Origin: Treponemataceae bacterium
Lineage (GTDB): Bacteria; Spirochaetota; Spirochaetia; Treponematales; Rectinemataceae
Assembly (NCBI GenBank): GCA_963667725.2
Contig: CAXXHO010000005.1
Coordinates: forward strand, 1,088,001 to 1,152,000
Length of the DNA stretch: 64,000 bases
Direction of reading: 5' to 3'
Below, piece by piece: positions 8,072-17,953 of this stretch. The notes under the pieces were generated by a model. That model had not been told where the DNA came from. It was given only the letters and a program-made list of their open reading frames with translations, and did no database searches. Position 1 is the first letter of the stretch, and every line of letters starts with the position of its first letter. A program made the translations under genes and the position numbers.

Positions 8072-9562
8072 TTACCCCCAGGCCGCCCCGTTCCACTGCA
8101 GCATCGCCTCCAGCATTCTAGGATCGCGTTCCTTGTTGATCTCGAAATACTCGACGCCGGCGATCCTGGCGTAATCTTCCAGCATTTCAGCGGTTACCTG
8201 CGTAGAGAAGCCGGTGTGATGGGCGCCGCCCGCGAGGATCCAGAGCCTCGCCGCGTCCTTGAGGGAGGGCTCCGGCTTCCAGAGCACCCTCGCCACGGGC
8301 AGTTTGGGCATCGGGGCGGGCAGGCTCACGGACTCGACGAGGTTCGAAAGGAGGCGGAATCGCCCTCCTAAATCGAGCAACGTCGCGACGATGGCCTTGC
8401 CGGTCCGCGCCTCGAACACCGCGCGCGCGGGGGCGGCCTTGCCGCCTATGCCTAGAGGATGCACTTCGATCCTGGGCTTGCCGCTCGCTATGCTGGGGCA
8501 TACCTCGAGCATGTGCGCGCCCAGTATGAGCTCGTTCCCCGGCTCGAAATGGTAGGTGTAGTCTTCCATGAAGGAGGTGCCGCCAGCGAGGCCTTCGCCC
8601 ATCACCTTCATCGCGCGCACGAGGGCCGCGGTCTTCCAGTCGCCCTCGGCGCCGAAGCCGTAGCCGTCCATCATGAGGCGCTGGGAGGCCAGTCCGGGAA
8701 GTTGTGCGAGCTTGCCAAGGTCCTCAAAGGTAGTGGTGAACGAACCGGCGTTATGCGATTCCAAGAATCGGCGGATTCCCCGCTCGATGCGGGCCTGTTC
8801 CCGCACGCTGGCCATCGCGGCCTCGCTGCCCGAGACTTCGGGGGCGAAATCGAAGAGCGCGCGATATTCGTCCATGGCTTTGTCGAGGTCCGCCTCGCTC
8901 ACCGCCTCCACTTCCCGGACAAGATCCCCTATCCCGTAGCCGTTGACCGACCAGCCTAGCTGGATCTGCGCCGATACCTTGTTGCCCTCCGTCACCGCGA
9001 CGTCGCGCATGTTGTCGCCGAAGCGGACAACGGCTTTCTCCTGGCCGTCGGCGAAGGCGCAGGCCGCGCGCATCCAGGCGCCGACGCGCTGCCGCACTTC
9101 GGGATCCTGCCAGTGGCCTACGACGACCTTGCGCGCGATTTTCATCCTCGTCTGGATAAAACCGTGTTCTCTGTCGCCATGCGCCGACTGGTTCAGGTTC
9201 ATGAAATCCATGTCGATGGTGGCCCAGGGGATGTCCCGGTTGAACTGCGTGTGCAGGTGTAAAAGCGGCTTATGGTTAACGGCGAGCCCCGCTATCCACA
9301 TCCGCGAGGGCGAGAAGGTATGCATCCAGGTGACGATGCCGGCGCAGGCCGGAGAGGCGTTCGCTTCCCTGAATATACCGAGAATTTCTTCGGAGCTCTT
9401 CGCCACCTTCTTGAAAACGAGGGGCGAAGGGAGGGCCGGATCCGCCGCGAAGCCGCCTGCCATGGCGCGCGCGTGCTCCTCGACGGTCTTCAGGACTTCG
9501 GGGCCGTAGAGGTCCTGGCTGCCTACGACGAACCAGAACTCATGCTTTTTGAGGGTGTTCAT
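8072..9562 (-). CDS. araA: L-arabinose isomerase
   Basis: FWFVVGSQDLYG, WMHTFSP, DMDFMNLNQSAHGDRE, GFGAEGDWK, FMEDYTY, GAHMLEVCP and GGAHH motifs. Confidence 0.96.
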   Translation of the reverse strand: MNTLKKHEFWFVVGSQDLYGPEVLKTVEEHARAMAGGFAADPALPSPLVFKKVAKSSEEILGIFREANASPACAGIVTWMHTFSPSRMWIAGLAVNHKPLLHLHTQFNRDIPWATIDMDFMNLNQSAHGDREHGFIQTRMKIARKVVVGHWQDPEVRQRVGAWMRAACAFADGQEKAVVRFGDNMRDVAVTEGNKVSAQIQLGWSVNGYGIGDLVREVEAVSEADLDKAMDEYRALFDFAPEVSGSEAAMASVREQARIERGIRRFLESHNAGSFTTTFEDLGKLAQLPGLASQRLMMDGYGFGAEGDWKTAALVRAMKVMGEGLAGGTSFMEDYTYHFEPGNELILGAHMLEVCPSIASGKPRIEVHPLGIGGKAAPARAVFEARTGKAIVATLLDLGGRFRLLSNLVESVSLPAPMPKLPVARVLWKPEPSLKDAARLWILAGGAHHTGFSTQVTAEMLEDYARIAGVEYFEINKERDPRMLEAMLQWNGAAWG

Positions 9563-11211
9563 GAGAACTCCTTTTCGATGAAGCGGCCGAATTCCACGTA
9601 CTTATCGTACCGTTTGTCGTAGAAAGCCGCGCGGGCGGGGTCAGGCTCGACGCAGCGCTCGACGGGCGGAAGCATGCGTTTTTGGGCTTCGGCGACCGTC
9701 GGATGGATTCCGGCGACGACGGAGGCGAACATGGCGGCGCCCAGAGCGACGGATTGGTCGCCGGAGGCGATGTCGATGGGCATGCCGAGCACGTCGGCGA
9801 CGATCTGCATGACGAGGGGAGATTTCTTGGCCACACCGCCGATGGCGACGATACGGTCTATCTTCACGCCCTCGCTCTTGAAGCGTTCGACGATGGCGCG
9901 GGCGCCGAAGGCCGTGGCCTCGATGAGGGCTCGGTAGATCATGGGCGCCGTGGTGCCGAGGGTGAGCCCCGAGATGGCCCCCTGCAGAAGCTGGTTGGCG
10001 TCGGGCGTCCGGCGGCCGTTGAGCCAGTCGAGGGCGAGGGGCAGTGATGCCGTCGGATCGACCAGCGCCGCTTCCTTTTCGAGCGCCGACATCATCTTCG
10101 CGCTTGCTTCTTCCGCTTTATCGGGCAGGAGTGTTTCGATCGGCCAGGATAAAAGCTTCTTATACCAGGCGAAGACATCGCCGAAGGCCGACTGGCCGGC
10201 CTCGTAGCCGAGCATGGAGGGGATGATCGAGCCGTCGACCTGGCCGCAGATGCCCCCGACGAGCCTTTCGTCGGAAACCGGGACAGGGCCGACCGTCATA
10301 TCGCAGGTGCTCGTGCCCATGACCTTGACGAGGACGCCTTCCCTCACGCCGCCGCCCACGGCGCCCATATGCGCGTCGTAGGCGCCCACGGCGACGGGGA
10401 TGCCCGACGTCAGGTGGAACCTTTCGGCCCATTCCCCCGTGAGAGGGCCGCAGCTCCTGTCGCTTGTCCAGGTTTCTTTCCCGAGCGTTTCGCGGATTCT
10501 GGAGAGTTCCGGGTGGAGGAGGTTGAGGAATTCAGCCGCCGGGTAGCCGCCGAACTTCGCGTGCCACATGGCCTTGTGACCCATGGCGCAGCGGCTGCGC
10601 TTCACGGTCCGCACGGACTGCGTTCCGGTGAGAAGGGCGGGCATCCAGTCGCAGTGTTCGACGAAGGAGTAGGCCGCCGCCGCGACGCGCGGATTGACCT
10701 TGAGAACGCGTAGGACTTTGGCCCAGAACCATTCCGAGGAATAGATTCCACCCTCGTATTTCGTGAAATCCTCGCCGCCCCAGCTTTTCGCCGCTCTGTT
10801 GATGGCGGCGGCCTCGTCGACGGCGCTGTGGTCCTTCCACAGGATGAACATCGCGTCCGGGTCCTCGGCGAATTGAGGCAGCAGAGCCAGCGGCGTGCCC
10901 TCGGCGTTCACCGCGCAGGGCGTCGAGCCCGTCGTGTCGATCGCGATGCCCTTTATGGAGGCGAGAGCATCTTTTCCGATGTGGACCAACAGTTTGCCCA
11001 TGACCGATTCCATCGATTCTATGTAGTCCAAGGGATGCTGCCTGAAAATATTCTTCCCTGGCGCGTTGAAACGTCCCGCCGCCCAGCGCGGATAGGCCGT
11101 CACCGCCTCGGCGATTTCCCGTCCGTTCCGCGCGTCGATAACGACGGCGCGACAGGAATCCGTGCCGTAGTCTATGCCGAGGACCGGCGTTCCGCTCAAT
11201 TCTTGCGACAT
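9559..11211 (-). CDS. araB: L-ribulokinase
   Basis: FGGY kinase: GIDYGTDS, RQHPLDY, DTTGST, LWKDH, GGIYSSEWFWAK, DWLNGRRTP; ATGA overlap with araA. Confidence 0.94.
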   Translation of the reverse strand: MSQELSGTPVLGIDYGTDSCRAVVIDARNGREIAEAVTAYPRWAAGRFNAPGKNIFRQHPLDYIESMESVMGKLLVHIGKDALASIKGIAIDTTGSTPCAVNAEGTPLALLPQFAEDPDAMFILWKDHSAVDEAAAINRAAKSWGGEDFTKYEGGIYSSEWFWAKVLRVLKVNPRVAAAAYSFVEHCDWMPALLTGTQSVRTVKRSRCAMGHKAMWHAKFGGYPAAEFLNLLHPELSRIRETLGKETWTSDRSCGPLTGEWAERFHLTSGIPVAVGAYDAHMGAVGGGVREGVLVKVMGTSTCDMTVGPVPVSDERLVGGICGQVDGSIIPSMLGYEAGQSAFGDVFAWYKKLLSWPIETLLPDKAEEASAKMMSALEKEAALVDPTASLPLALDWLNGRRTPDANQLLQGAISGLTLGTTAPMIYRALIEATAFGARAIVERFKSEGVKIDRIVAIGGVAKKSPLVMQIVADVLGMPIDIASGDQSVALGAAMFASVVAGIHPTVAEAQKRMLPPVERCVEPDPARAAFYDKRYDKYVEFGRFIEKEFS

Positions 11212-11228
11212 TCCTCAACCTCCGTTCA

Positions 11229-12311
11229 TCAGGGAAGATTTTCCCTCACGTATATATCGATAGGTACGATGATTTCCTTTTCGATGGCCTGCTGAAGCAC
11301 CACGTGGCTGTACAGCAGGTAGATGCCTTCGTATGCCTGATATTCCGGCCGCTGCGAAAGGATGCAGTCGATCGTGCCGGCCCGCAGCTGGCTCTCGTTG
11401 TCCGGCACCAAATCGTAGCCGACCACGGCGATGTGCGCCGCGCCCTTATTGTTGACATAGGAGGCCACCCCGTGTACGGAAGCGTTCGTGACGAAGATGC
11501 CGCCGGGAGCAGGTATTTCCGCGAGCAGCTTCTGAAGAAAAGCCTCGCAGGTAGCCTTGTGCTCGATGTCGCGGCATTCGAAGATGCGGATCTGGCGCGT
11601 CGTGGCGGGCGAGGCCAGGGTTGGCGCTGCGGCGCCCGGGGCGGCCGGCAGTACCATGCTCGCTCCCAGCGACTCGAAATAATGCAGGAAGCCGTCGATC
11701 CTTTTCCTGATATGGAAATCTTCGCTGTGGGCGCTCACGACGCAAAAGGGACCCTCTCCCGCCGAGAAGGCGTCTAAAAGGCGGCCCGCCAGCACCCCGC
11801 TCTGGAAAGCGTTTTGGCCAATCCTGGAAAGAGGCGGAAAGTCGGGAAGCTGTGCATCGAAGAACACGACGGGGAATTCCGCCGGCAGGGTTCTGAGCAG
11901 GAGGGAGCTCAGCTCGGGCTGAACCGGCGCCATGAGAAGTCCGTCGAAATGCCCGTCTTCCAGCTGCCGGCGAATGTTCTCAAATAATGGGAGAGGATCG
12001 TAGCGGTTGAATTCGATCTTCCTGATATCCACGCCGAAGGTCTTCAGCTCCCTGGCCGCCTTCTGTATTCCCGCGTAGGCGATTTTCCAGTAGCCGGAGT
12101 CATCGGTCGTGTTCGGCAGAAGAACGGCGAAGGTATATTTCTTGTTGAGCTTGAGATGACGCGCGATGGGATTGGGCTTGTAGCCATGCTGCTCGATGAG
12201 AACTTCGATTTTTGCCTTGGTTTCCGGAGACACTCTCCCCCGGTTGTGCAGCACCCTGTCCACCGTTCCGATCGAGACATGGGCCGCTTCGGCAATTTCG
12301 CGCAGTGTCAT
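11229..12311 (-). CDS. LacI-family transcriptional regulator, probably of the ara operon
   Basis: TLREIAEAAHVSIGTVDRVLHNRGRVS HTH plus sugar-binding domain; GGAG 7 nt before ATG 12311 (the ORF track starts at 12317). Confidence 0.9.
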   Translation of the reverse strand: MTLREIAEAAHVSIGTVDRVLHNRGRVSPETKAKIEVLIEQHGYKPNPIARHLKLNKKYTFAVLLPNTTDDSGYWKIAYAGIQKAARELKTFGVDIRKIEFNRYDPLPLFENIRRQLEDGHFDGLLMAPVQPELSSLLLRTLPAEFPVVFFDAQLPDFPPLSRIGQNAFQSGVLAGRLLDAFSAGEGPFCVVSAHSEDFHIRKRIDGFLHYFESLGASMVLPAAPGAAAPTLASPATTRQIRIFECRDIEHKATCEAFLQKLLAEIPAPGGIFVTNASVHGVASYVNNKGAAHIAVVGYDLVPDNESQLRAGTIDCILSQRPEYQAYEGIYLLYSHVVLQQAIEKEIIVPIDIYVRENLP

Positions 12312-12344
12312 AGGCATGCTCCATCATTGAAGGGAGAATGTGTT

Positions 12345-12392
12345 TGCGGTAACGTACACGCACATTGTATTGTAAGTTCGGGAGGCTGTCAA
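12345..12392 (-). promoter_or_regulatory. Promoter of lacI-araBA with adjacent imperfect palindrome (candidate LacI operator)
   Basis: TTGACA (12392-12387) - 17 - TACAAT (12369-12364); TGCGGTAACGTACACGCA (12345-12362) is a CG-centred imperfect palindrome over the predicted start site. Confidence 0.6.
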
Positions 12393-12467
12393 ACTTTTTC
12401 GTCGGTGAGGTATCGGCGCCCGCGAGATTGACCTCGGTCCACACGGGATGGATGGTCGTGCCGTTCA

Positions 12468-13658
12468 TCATTCGTCCAGGAAGGCCATGTCCTCCGGCCG
12501 GGCTATGATGTGGGGGAGGCCCTTTCCGAGGGCCGCCTCGATGTCCTCGCTGCGCTTGCCCATGGCGGCGGCGATTTCGGCCGACGACAGGCTGGTGAGG
12601 ATTTTGGCGACGCCGTTGACGAGGACCACGGCGTCGCGGCCGAAATCGCCGCCCACGGCCGTGACGCCCCTGGGGAGGAGGGAGTTGTTCGCGCGTATGG
12701 CGGCGAGGGCGCCTTCGTCCACGCTGATCGTGCCGCGCGGCCGCGAATTCTTGAGCCAGCGCACCCGGTTCCTTAAGGCGTGCGCCGCGTCGAAAAGCGT
12801 GCCCAGGGCCTCGCCTTCGACGATGCGCGATATGACGCGAGGTTCCCTTCCGTGCGCGATGACGACCCTGCAGCCCGCGTCGCGCGCCACGGCGACCGCG
12901 GCGAGCTTCGTCTTCATCCCGCCGGTGGAGAATTCAGAGCCGCGGCCGCCAGCCGCGGCCAGATGCTCGCTCGTGAGCTCCGCCACGTAGGGGATGCGCT
13001 TGGCCTCGGGGTTGTCGCGGGGGTCGGCGTCGTAGAGCGAATCCACGTCGGAAAGGATGATGAGGAGTTCGGCGTCTATCTTGCTCGCGACGTAGGCCGA
13101 GAGCCTGTCGTTGTCGCCGAAGGCGTTTCCTATTTCGGCGGTGGAGACGGAGTCGTTTTCGTTGAAGACGGGGATGACACTGCCCTCGAGGAGCGTTTCG
13201 ACGGTGGCGCGGAGGTTGAGGTAGGCTGCCCTGTCGTCCCAGGTGTCGCGCGTGACGAGGAGCTGGGCGGTGGTGAGTCCGAAAACATCGAAGGCCCGGC
13301 GGTATTCTTCCATCAAAAGGGGCTGGCCGATAGCGGCGCAGGCCTGGCGCATGCGCACTTCGGTGACGCGCTTGGTGAGCCCGAGTTCCCTCGCGCCCAT
13401 GCCGATGGCGCCCGAGGTGACGAGGATGAGCTGTTTGCCCGCGCGGACGAGGTCGGCGAACTGCGCGGCGACGCGATGGATGTACTCGGTGTCGACGCCT
13501 CCGCGTCCCGGGCTCCCCTTGGGTCTGGCTATGGTGGCAGTCCCGATTTTGACGACGATGCGGTTGGCGCTCGAGAGAGCGGCGCGCGCATCGCCAGCTC
13601 CGCCGGCGGTGCTGGTCGCGCCGGCTTCATCTAGCTCTTTCGTTTTGTTCGATTTCAT
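12468..13658 (-). CDS. proB: Glutamate 5-kinase
   Basis: RIVVKIGT, LVTSGAI, AAIGQ, FNENDSV, FGDNDRL, TGGMKTKL and a PUA-like C-terminus; ATG 13658 overlaps the proA stop (ATGA). Confidence 0.93.
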   Translation of the reverse strand: MKSNKTKELDEAGATSTAGGAGDARAALSSANRIVVKIGTATIARPKGSPGRGGVDTEYIHRVAAQFADLVRAGKQLILVTSGAIGMGARELGLTKRVTEVRMRQACAAIGQPLLMEEYRRAFDVFGLTTAQLLVTRDTWDDRAAYLNLRATVETLLEGSVIPVFNENDSVSTAEIGNAFGDNDRLSAYVASKIDAELLIILSDVDSLYDADPRDNPEAKRIPYVAELTSEHLAAAGGRGSEFSTGGMKTKLAAVAVARDAGCRVVIAHGREPRVISRIVEGEALGTLFDAAHALRNRVRWLKNSRPRGTISVDEGALAAIRANNSLLPRGVTAVGGDFGRDAVVLVNGVAKILTSLSSAEIAAAMGKRSEDIEAALGKGLPHIIARPEDMAFLDE

Positions 13659-14995
13659 CGTTGGTTTCCTGTATCGAGGGGCAAGTCTTTGTGCAGAAAG
13701 CTGCGGGTTCCCGAAGCGTAGTCGGCGACGATCTGGCCGGAACCTTCGAGGAGCCATTTATAGGTGAGGAGCCCCTCGAGACCCATGGGGCCGCGGGCGT
13801 GGAGCTTCCCGGTGGAAATGCCGACCTCTGCGCCCAGGCCGTACCGATAGCCGTCGGCGAATCGGGTGCTCGCGTTGTGGTAGACGGAGGCGGAGTCCAC
13901 GCCCGTCATGAAACGTCGCGAAGCATCGTCGACCTCGTCGGCGATGCTTCGCGCGCTCACGATCGTGTCGGTGTGGCCGCTCCCGTAGCGGTTAATGTGC
14001 GCGATCGCTTCGTCTAGGGAGTCGACGATCTTAACGGCCATGCGCATGTCGAGGTATTCCACCGACCAGTCCTCGTCGGCCTTGAGGTTCCAGGTAAAAT
14101 CGGCGGCTTCGGCCGCCACGATGGCCGCGCAACGCGGGCACAAGTCGAGGGCGACGCCTTTGCTCGCGAGGGCGGAGAGAAGAGGCACAAGGCCGCGCTC
14201 AGCGTAGGCCGCGTTCACGAGAAGCACTTCGGCGGCGTTGCACGCGGCCGGGTACTGCGTCTTCGAATCGATAGCGATGGCCGCCGCCATGTCGAGATCG
14301 GCGTCCTCGTGGATGTAGACGTGGCAGACGCCGTCGGAATGGCCGAGAACGGGGATCCGGCTCGTCGCCTTTATGTGGGCGACGAATTCCCTGGAGCCCC
14401 TGGGTATCACGAGATCGACATATTGATCGAGGGCGAGAAGATCGCCTGTCTGCTCGCGCGTCTCGAGCGCGGTGAGCCAATGCTCCGGCAGGCCCGCCTC
14501 CTCCCCGGCCGCGGCGATGACGGCGGCCAAAATCCGGTTGCTCTCGCGGGCTTCGCTTCCGCCCTTGAGGACGATGGCGTTCCCGCTCTTGGCCGCCAGG
14601 CATGCCATCTGCACGAGGGCGTCAGGCCGGCTTTCGAAAATCATGGCGATGAGTCCGATGGGGCAGGAAACGCGGCGCAGCGTGAGTCCATCGTCGAGGA
14701 GGCGGGCTTCCAGGACGCGGCCGCAGGGGTCGGGGAGCCGTCGCAGCGCGCTGATGCCCGCGAGGGCGTCGGCGAACTTGTCTTCGCCGAAGGCGAGCCT
14801 CTTGAGGATGGGCGAGGGCAGGCCAGCTTTGTCGGCCGCCTCGAGATCCCGCCTGTTGGCCAGCTCGATTTTCGCGCGAGCCTCCTCAAGCCGCTTCGCT
14901 ATGAGATCCAGAGCCGCGTTTTTCGTTTCGCTTCCGATGCCGAGAATGGCCGCGGCCGCGCGGGCTCCAAGCGCCACCCTCTCCTGTGTTGTCAT
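13655..14995 (-). CDS. proA: Gamma-glutamyl phosphate reductase
   Basis: IFESRPD, LKGGSEA, IPRGS, ACNAAE, GSGHTD, NASTRFADG, GAEVGISTGKLHARGPMGL. Confidence 0.95.
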   Translation of the reverse strand: MTTQERVALGARAAAAILGIGSETKNAALDLIAKRLEEARAKIELANRRDLEAADKAGLPSPILKRLAFGEDKFADALAGISALRRLPDPCGRVLEARLLDDGLTLRRVSCPIGLIAMIFESRPDALVQMACLAAKSGNAIVLKGGSEARESNRILAAVIAAAGEEAGLPEHWLTALETREQTGDLLALDQYVDLVIPRGSREFVAHIKATSRIPVLGHSDGVCHVYIHEDADLDMAAAIAIDSKTQYPAACNAAEVLLVNAAYAERGLVPLLSALASKGVALDLCPRCAAIVAAEAADFTWNLKADEDWSVEYLDMRMAVKIVDSLDEAIAHINRYGSGHTDTIVSARSIADEVDDASRRFMTGVDSASVYHNASTRFADGYRYGLGAEVGISTGKLHARGPMGLEGLLTYKWLLEGSGQIVADYASGTRSFLHKDLPLDTGNQR

Positions 14996-15110
14996 GGAGG
15001 AACGGTAGCAGAAACCACGAAGCTCAACAACAGGGCGGACAGCATATATGGTTTTCTTGACTCGGGCAAAGCGTATATTTATTTTCCTCTATACAATACG
15101 GAGGCATTCG

Positions 15111-15872
15111 ATGAAAAAAAATAGCGCTTTTCCCAAAGCATACTTGGCCTTTTCGGCTCTTCTCGCCCTTTTCGCTCTTCCCGAGGCCTTTGCCCTCGAC
15201 GGGGCGGAGGGGAAGGAATTCGACGGCTTCGACACGGGAAAGGGCGAGCTCAAGATCACCTTCCTGGGCCACGCGACCCTCGTCCTCGAATTCGGCGGGA
15301 AGTTCATCTACATCGACCCCGTGAAACAGTACGGCGATTTTTCAAAATTTCCCAAGGCCGATCTCGTCCTCGTAACGCACGAGCACGGCGATCACCTCGA
15401 CGCAGGCTCCATAGCCGCACTTAAGGCGCCCTCTACGCGAATCGTCCTCAACGGAGCCTCACGGAACAAGCTGGGCGAGGGAGAGGCGCTGGAACATGGG
15501 AAGATCCTGGAAGCGGCCGGCGTTTCGGTGAAAGCCCTGCCGGCATACAACGTGACGGCCGGACGCACGAACTATCATCCCAAGAACCGCAGGGACAATG
15601 GCTATGTCCTCACCGTCGGCAATCTCCACATCTATGTGGCCGGCGATACCGAGGTCATTCCGGAGATGGCGGATCTGGGCCATATCGACATCGCCTTCCT
15701 GCCGATGAACCTGCCCTATACGATGACCCCCGAACAAGTGGCGACAGCCGCGAGGACGATCCGCCCCAGGATTCTCTACCCTTACCATTTCGGCGCTACC
15801 GATACGGCCGAGCTCGAGAAACTCCTGGCCGGCGAACCCGGTATCCAGATCAGGCTGAGAAAGCTACAATAA
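15111..15872 (+). CDS. Exported metallo-beta-lactamase-fold hydrolase
   Basis: Signal-like N-terminus; GHAT, IDP, THEHGDH, AGDT and YPYH; GGAGG before ATG 15111. Confidence 0.85.
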   Translation: MKKNSAFPKAYLAFSALLALFALPEAFALDGAEGKEFDGFDTGKGELKITFLGHATLVLEFGGKFIYIDPVKQYGDFSKFPKADLVLVTHEHGDHLDAGSIAALKAPSTRIVLNGASRNKLGEGEALEHGKILEAAGVSVKALPAYNVTAGRTNYHPKNRRDNGYVLTVGNLHIYVAGDTEVIPEMADLGHIDIAFLPMNLPYTMTPEQVATAARTIRPRILYPYHFGATDTAELEKLLAGEPGIQIRLRKLQ

Positions 15873-15917
15873 AGCACTTTTGCCGATTCCGGATCGGACG
15901 GCGCATCGGGAGCGTAC

Positions 15918-16550
15918 ATGAAAACCATTGTCTGTTTTGGAGATTCTAATACCTGGGGCTATAATCCCGCGAACGCGACGAGGTACCCAAAGCCGATGCG
16001 CTGGCCGAGCATTTTCGCCTCCGCCCTGGAAGCAAGAGCGCCTGGCGGTTACGACGTCATTCCTGAGGGGCAGAATGGACGCACCACGGTATGGGAAGAT
16101 CCAGTCGGCCAGAAAAAGGGTTCGTCCTACCTGCTGCCCTGCCTTGAAACGCACAAGCCGGTGGACCTCGTGATCATCATGCTCGGCACGAACGACCTGA
16201 AGCACCGGTTCGGGGTCTCCAGCTATGACGTGGCGAGGGGCCTGGCCTGGCTGGTTCAGATGGTGAGGACTTCCGAGTTCGGTCCGGGGAACGCCGCCCC
16301 AGCAGTCCTCGTCGTGGCTCCGCCACCCTTCGCGACCTTGGGCGGCTTTTCCCAGGAATTCGAGGGCGGCGCCGAGAAGTCGCTGACCCTCGGAAGGGAT
16401 ATAGCCGCCCAGGCTGCCCTCAAGGGCTTTTCTTTCTTCGACGCGGGAACCGTCATCCGTTCGAGCGAACGCGATGGGATCCACCTGGAGCCGGAGGAGC
16501 ATGAAAAGCTCGGCCGAGCCCTGGCGCGGATCGTGGTTGAGCTTATCTGA
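15918..16550 (+). CDS. SGNH/GDSL hydrolase (arylesterase-like)
   Basis: FGDSNTWG, EGQNGRTT, MLGTND and DGIH catalytic blocks. Confidence 0.9.
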   Translation: MKTIVCFGDSNTWGYNPANATRYPKPMRWPSIFASALEARAPGGYDVIPEGQNGRTTVWEDPVGQKKGSSYLLPCLETHKPVDLVIIMLGTNDLKHRFGVSSYDVARGLAWLVQMVRTSEFGPGNAAPAVLVVAPPPFATLGGFSQEFEGGAEKSLTLGRDIAAQAALKGFSFFDAGTVIRSSERDGIHLEPEEHEKLGRALARIVVELI

Positions 16551-16626
16551 ACAGTGCCTTCAGAAAGCCGCTGCAATCTATGCCGGAATCCCCCGCGGGA
16601 TTTCTGATCCCGGGAAATACGCTTCC

Positions 16627-17046
16627 CTATATTTTCACTACTCCGATCGTCAGAAGCAGGTTGGCGAAGCGCCTCGTGTCGCCCGTCAGAATGACGAGCG
16701 TGGTGTCGGGCGAACTTACGGCATCATAAAACGCATAACGTTCAAGACTCTTCATCTCGATGCCGGCGGGTAGGGCCGCGCGATACTCGGCGATGACAGG
16801 CGCCTCGGCGCCGTCGGGAACCTGCATTATGGCGGCTTCCTGCACGACGATGGTGTCGAGCAGGGCTTCGAGGACTTCCGTGGTCTTGACAACGCCGGGC
16901 ATCAGGTTGAGGAAGACTTTTACCGCCGCGGGATTGGAGCGCGAGGCGACGGGATAGTTGCCGTCGCCGATAAGCACTTGTGAAAAATGCCCGGAGCGCG
17001 CGAGGGCGGAGAGAATCTCGGGGTGGAGCAGTCTCGTTTTCAGCAT
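16627..17046 (-). CDS. RbsD/FucU-family sugar pyranase/mutarotase
   Basis: MLKTRLLHPEILSALARSGH...IGDGNYP...LERYAFY...TGD.R.FANLLLTIGV; ATG 1 nt after the SDR stop. Confidence 0.85.
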   Translation of the reverse strand: MLKTRLLHPEILSALARSGHFSQVLIGDGNYPVASRSNPAAVKVFLNLMPGVVKTTEVLEALLDTIVVQEAAIMQVPDGAEAPVIAEYRAALPAGIEMKSLERYAFYDAVSSPDTTLVILTGDTRRFANLLLTIGVVKI

Positions 17047-17047
17047 A

Positions 17048-17809
17048 TCATGCCATGTAGACGCCGCCATTGATGTCGATGGTGGCGCCGGTTATGAAGC
17101 CGTCATATTCGCTGGCGAGAAAGACGACGGCTCGCGCCACGTCCTCGCAGCTACCCGCGCGATGAAGCGGAATCGAGGCTATTGTGGCTTTCTTCGACTC
17201 CTCCGTCGTATGGATGGCATGGAAAGCCGAACCCAGGATGAGACCGGGAGCCACCGCGTTTACCCTGATGCCGTCGGGCGCGAGTTCGGTCGAGAGGGAG
17301 CGCGTCAGGGTCAGTATGGCGCCCTTGGTGGTGGCGTAGATGACGGAGCCGGCATGGCCGCCTTTTCTGCCCGCGAGCGAGGCGAGATTGACGATGGAGG
17401 AAGCACCGGATTTTCTCAGAAGGGGAATCATGGCCCGCGTCACGAGAATGTTGGAGTCGAGGTTCACCGCCACCACCCGGCGGTAGAAGTCCATGTCCAT
17501 TTCCTCGAGCTTGTGTCTGGCGACGAGATCTCCCGAATTGTTGACGAGGATATCGAGATTGCTCCATTTTCCTTCCACGAAACGGGAGAGTTCCCGTACG
17601 CCGCTTTCGCTTGAAAGATCAGCCTGGATTATATCAGCGTCCCCACCCGAAGCGCGGACTTCGGCGGCCATGGATTCGGCTGATTCTTTACTTTTAAAGT
17701 AATGAATAAGAACCTTGGCGCCTTGAGCTGACAGTTCCCGGACGATGGCCTTGCCTATACCCGAACCGCCGCCCGTCACCAGTGCTTTCTTGCCTTTCAG
17801 GGAATTCAT
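17048..17809 (-). CDS. Short-chain dehydrogenase/reductase, DEH (4-deoxy-L-erythro-5-hexoseulose uronate) reductase-like
   Basis: TGGGSGIG, NNSG, YATTK; SSIVNLASLAGRKGGH...VAPGLILG..FH..HTT.ES...LASEYDGFITGAT.DINGGVY recalls SDRs of alginate-utilisation loci (from memory). GGAGG before ATG 17809. Confidence 0.75.
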   Translation of the reverse strand: MNSLKGKKALVTGGGSGIGKAIVRELSAQGAKVLIHYFKSKESAESMAAEVRASGGDADIIQADLSSESGVRELSRFVEGKWSNLDILVNNSGDLVARHKLEEMDMDFYRRVVAVNLDSNILVTRAMIPLLRKSGASSIVNLASLAGRKGGHAGSVIYATTKGAILTLTRSLSTELAPDGIRVNAVAPGLILGSAFHAIHTTEESKKATIASIPLHRAGSCEDVARAVVFLASEYDGFITGATIDINGGVYMA

Positions 17810-17833
17810 CGGTACCTCCGCAGAACAACTTCT

Positions 17834-17869
17834 GCTGGTCAGTATAGTATTGACCAGCCCGGTCAGCAA
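17834..17869 (-). promoter_or_regulatory. SDR promoter overlapped by inverted repeats (candidate repressor operator)
   Basis: TTGCTG (17869-17864) - 17 - TATACT (17846-17841); GCTGGTCA-n9-TGACCAGC at 17834-17858 and TGACC-n5-GGTCA at 17851-17865. Confidence 0.55.
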
Positions 17870-17886
17870 GGCTAACGAGGTTTTGA

Positions 17887-17915
17887 TTGACTTAGGGGCA
17901 AAGCGGGCTTACGCT
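17887..17915 (+). promoter_or_regulatory. Promoter of the TRAP operon
   Basis: TTGACT - 17 - TACGCT, followed by AGGAGG before dctP. Confidence 0.5.
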
Positions 17916-17953
17916 TAATCGTAACTATCGAATCTTCCAGGAGGTGTTTTATC

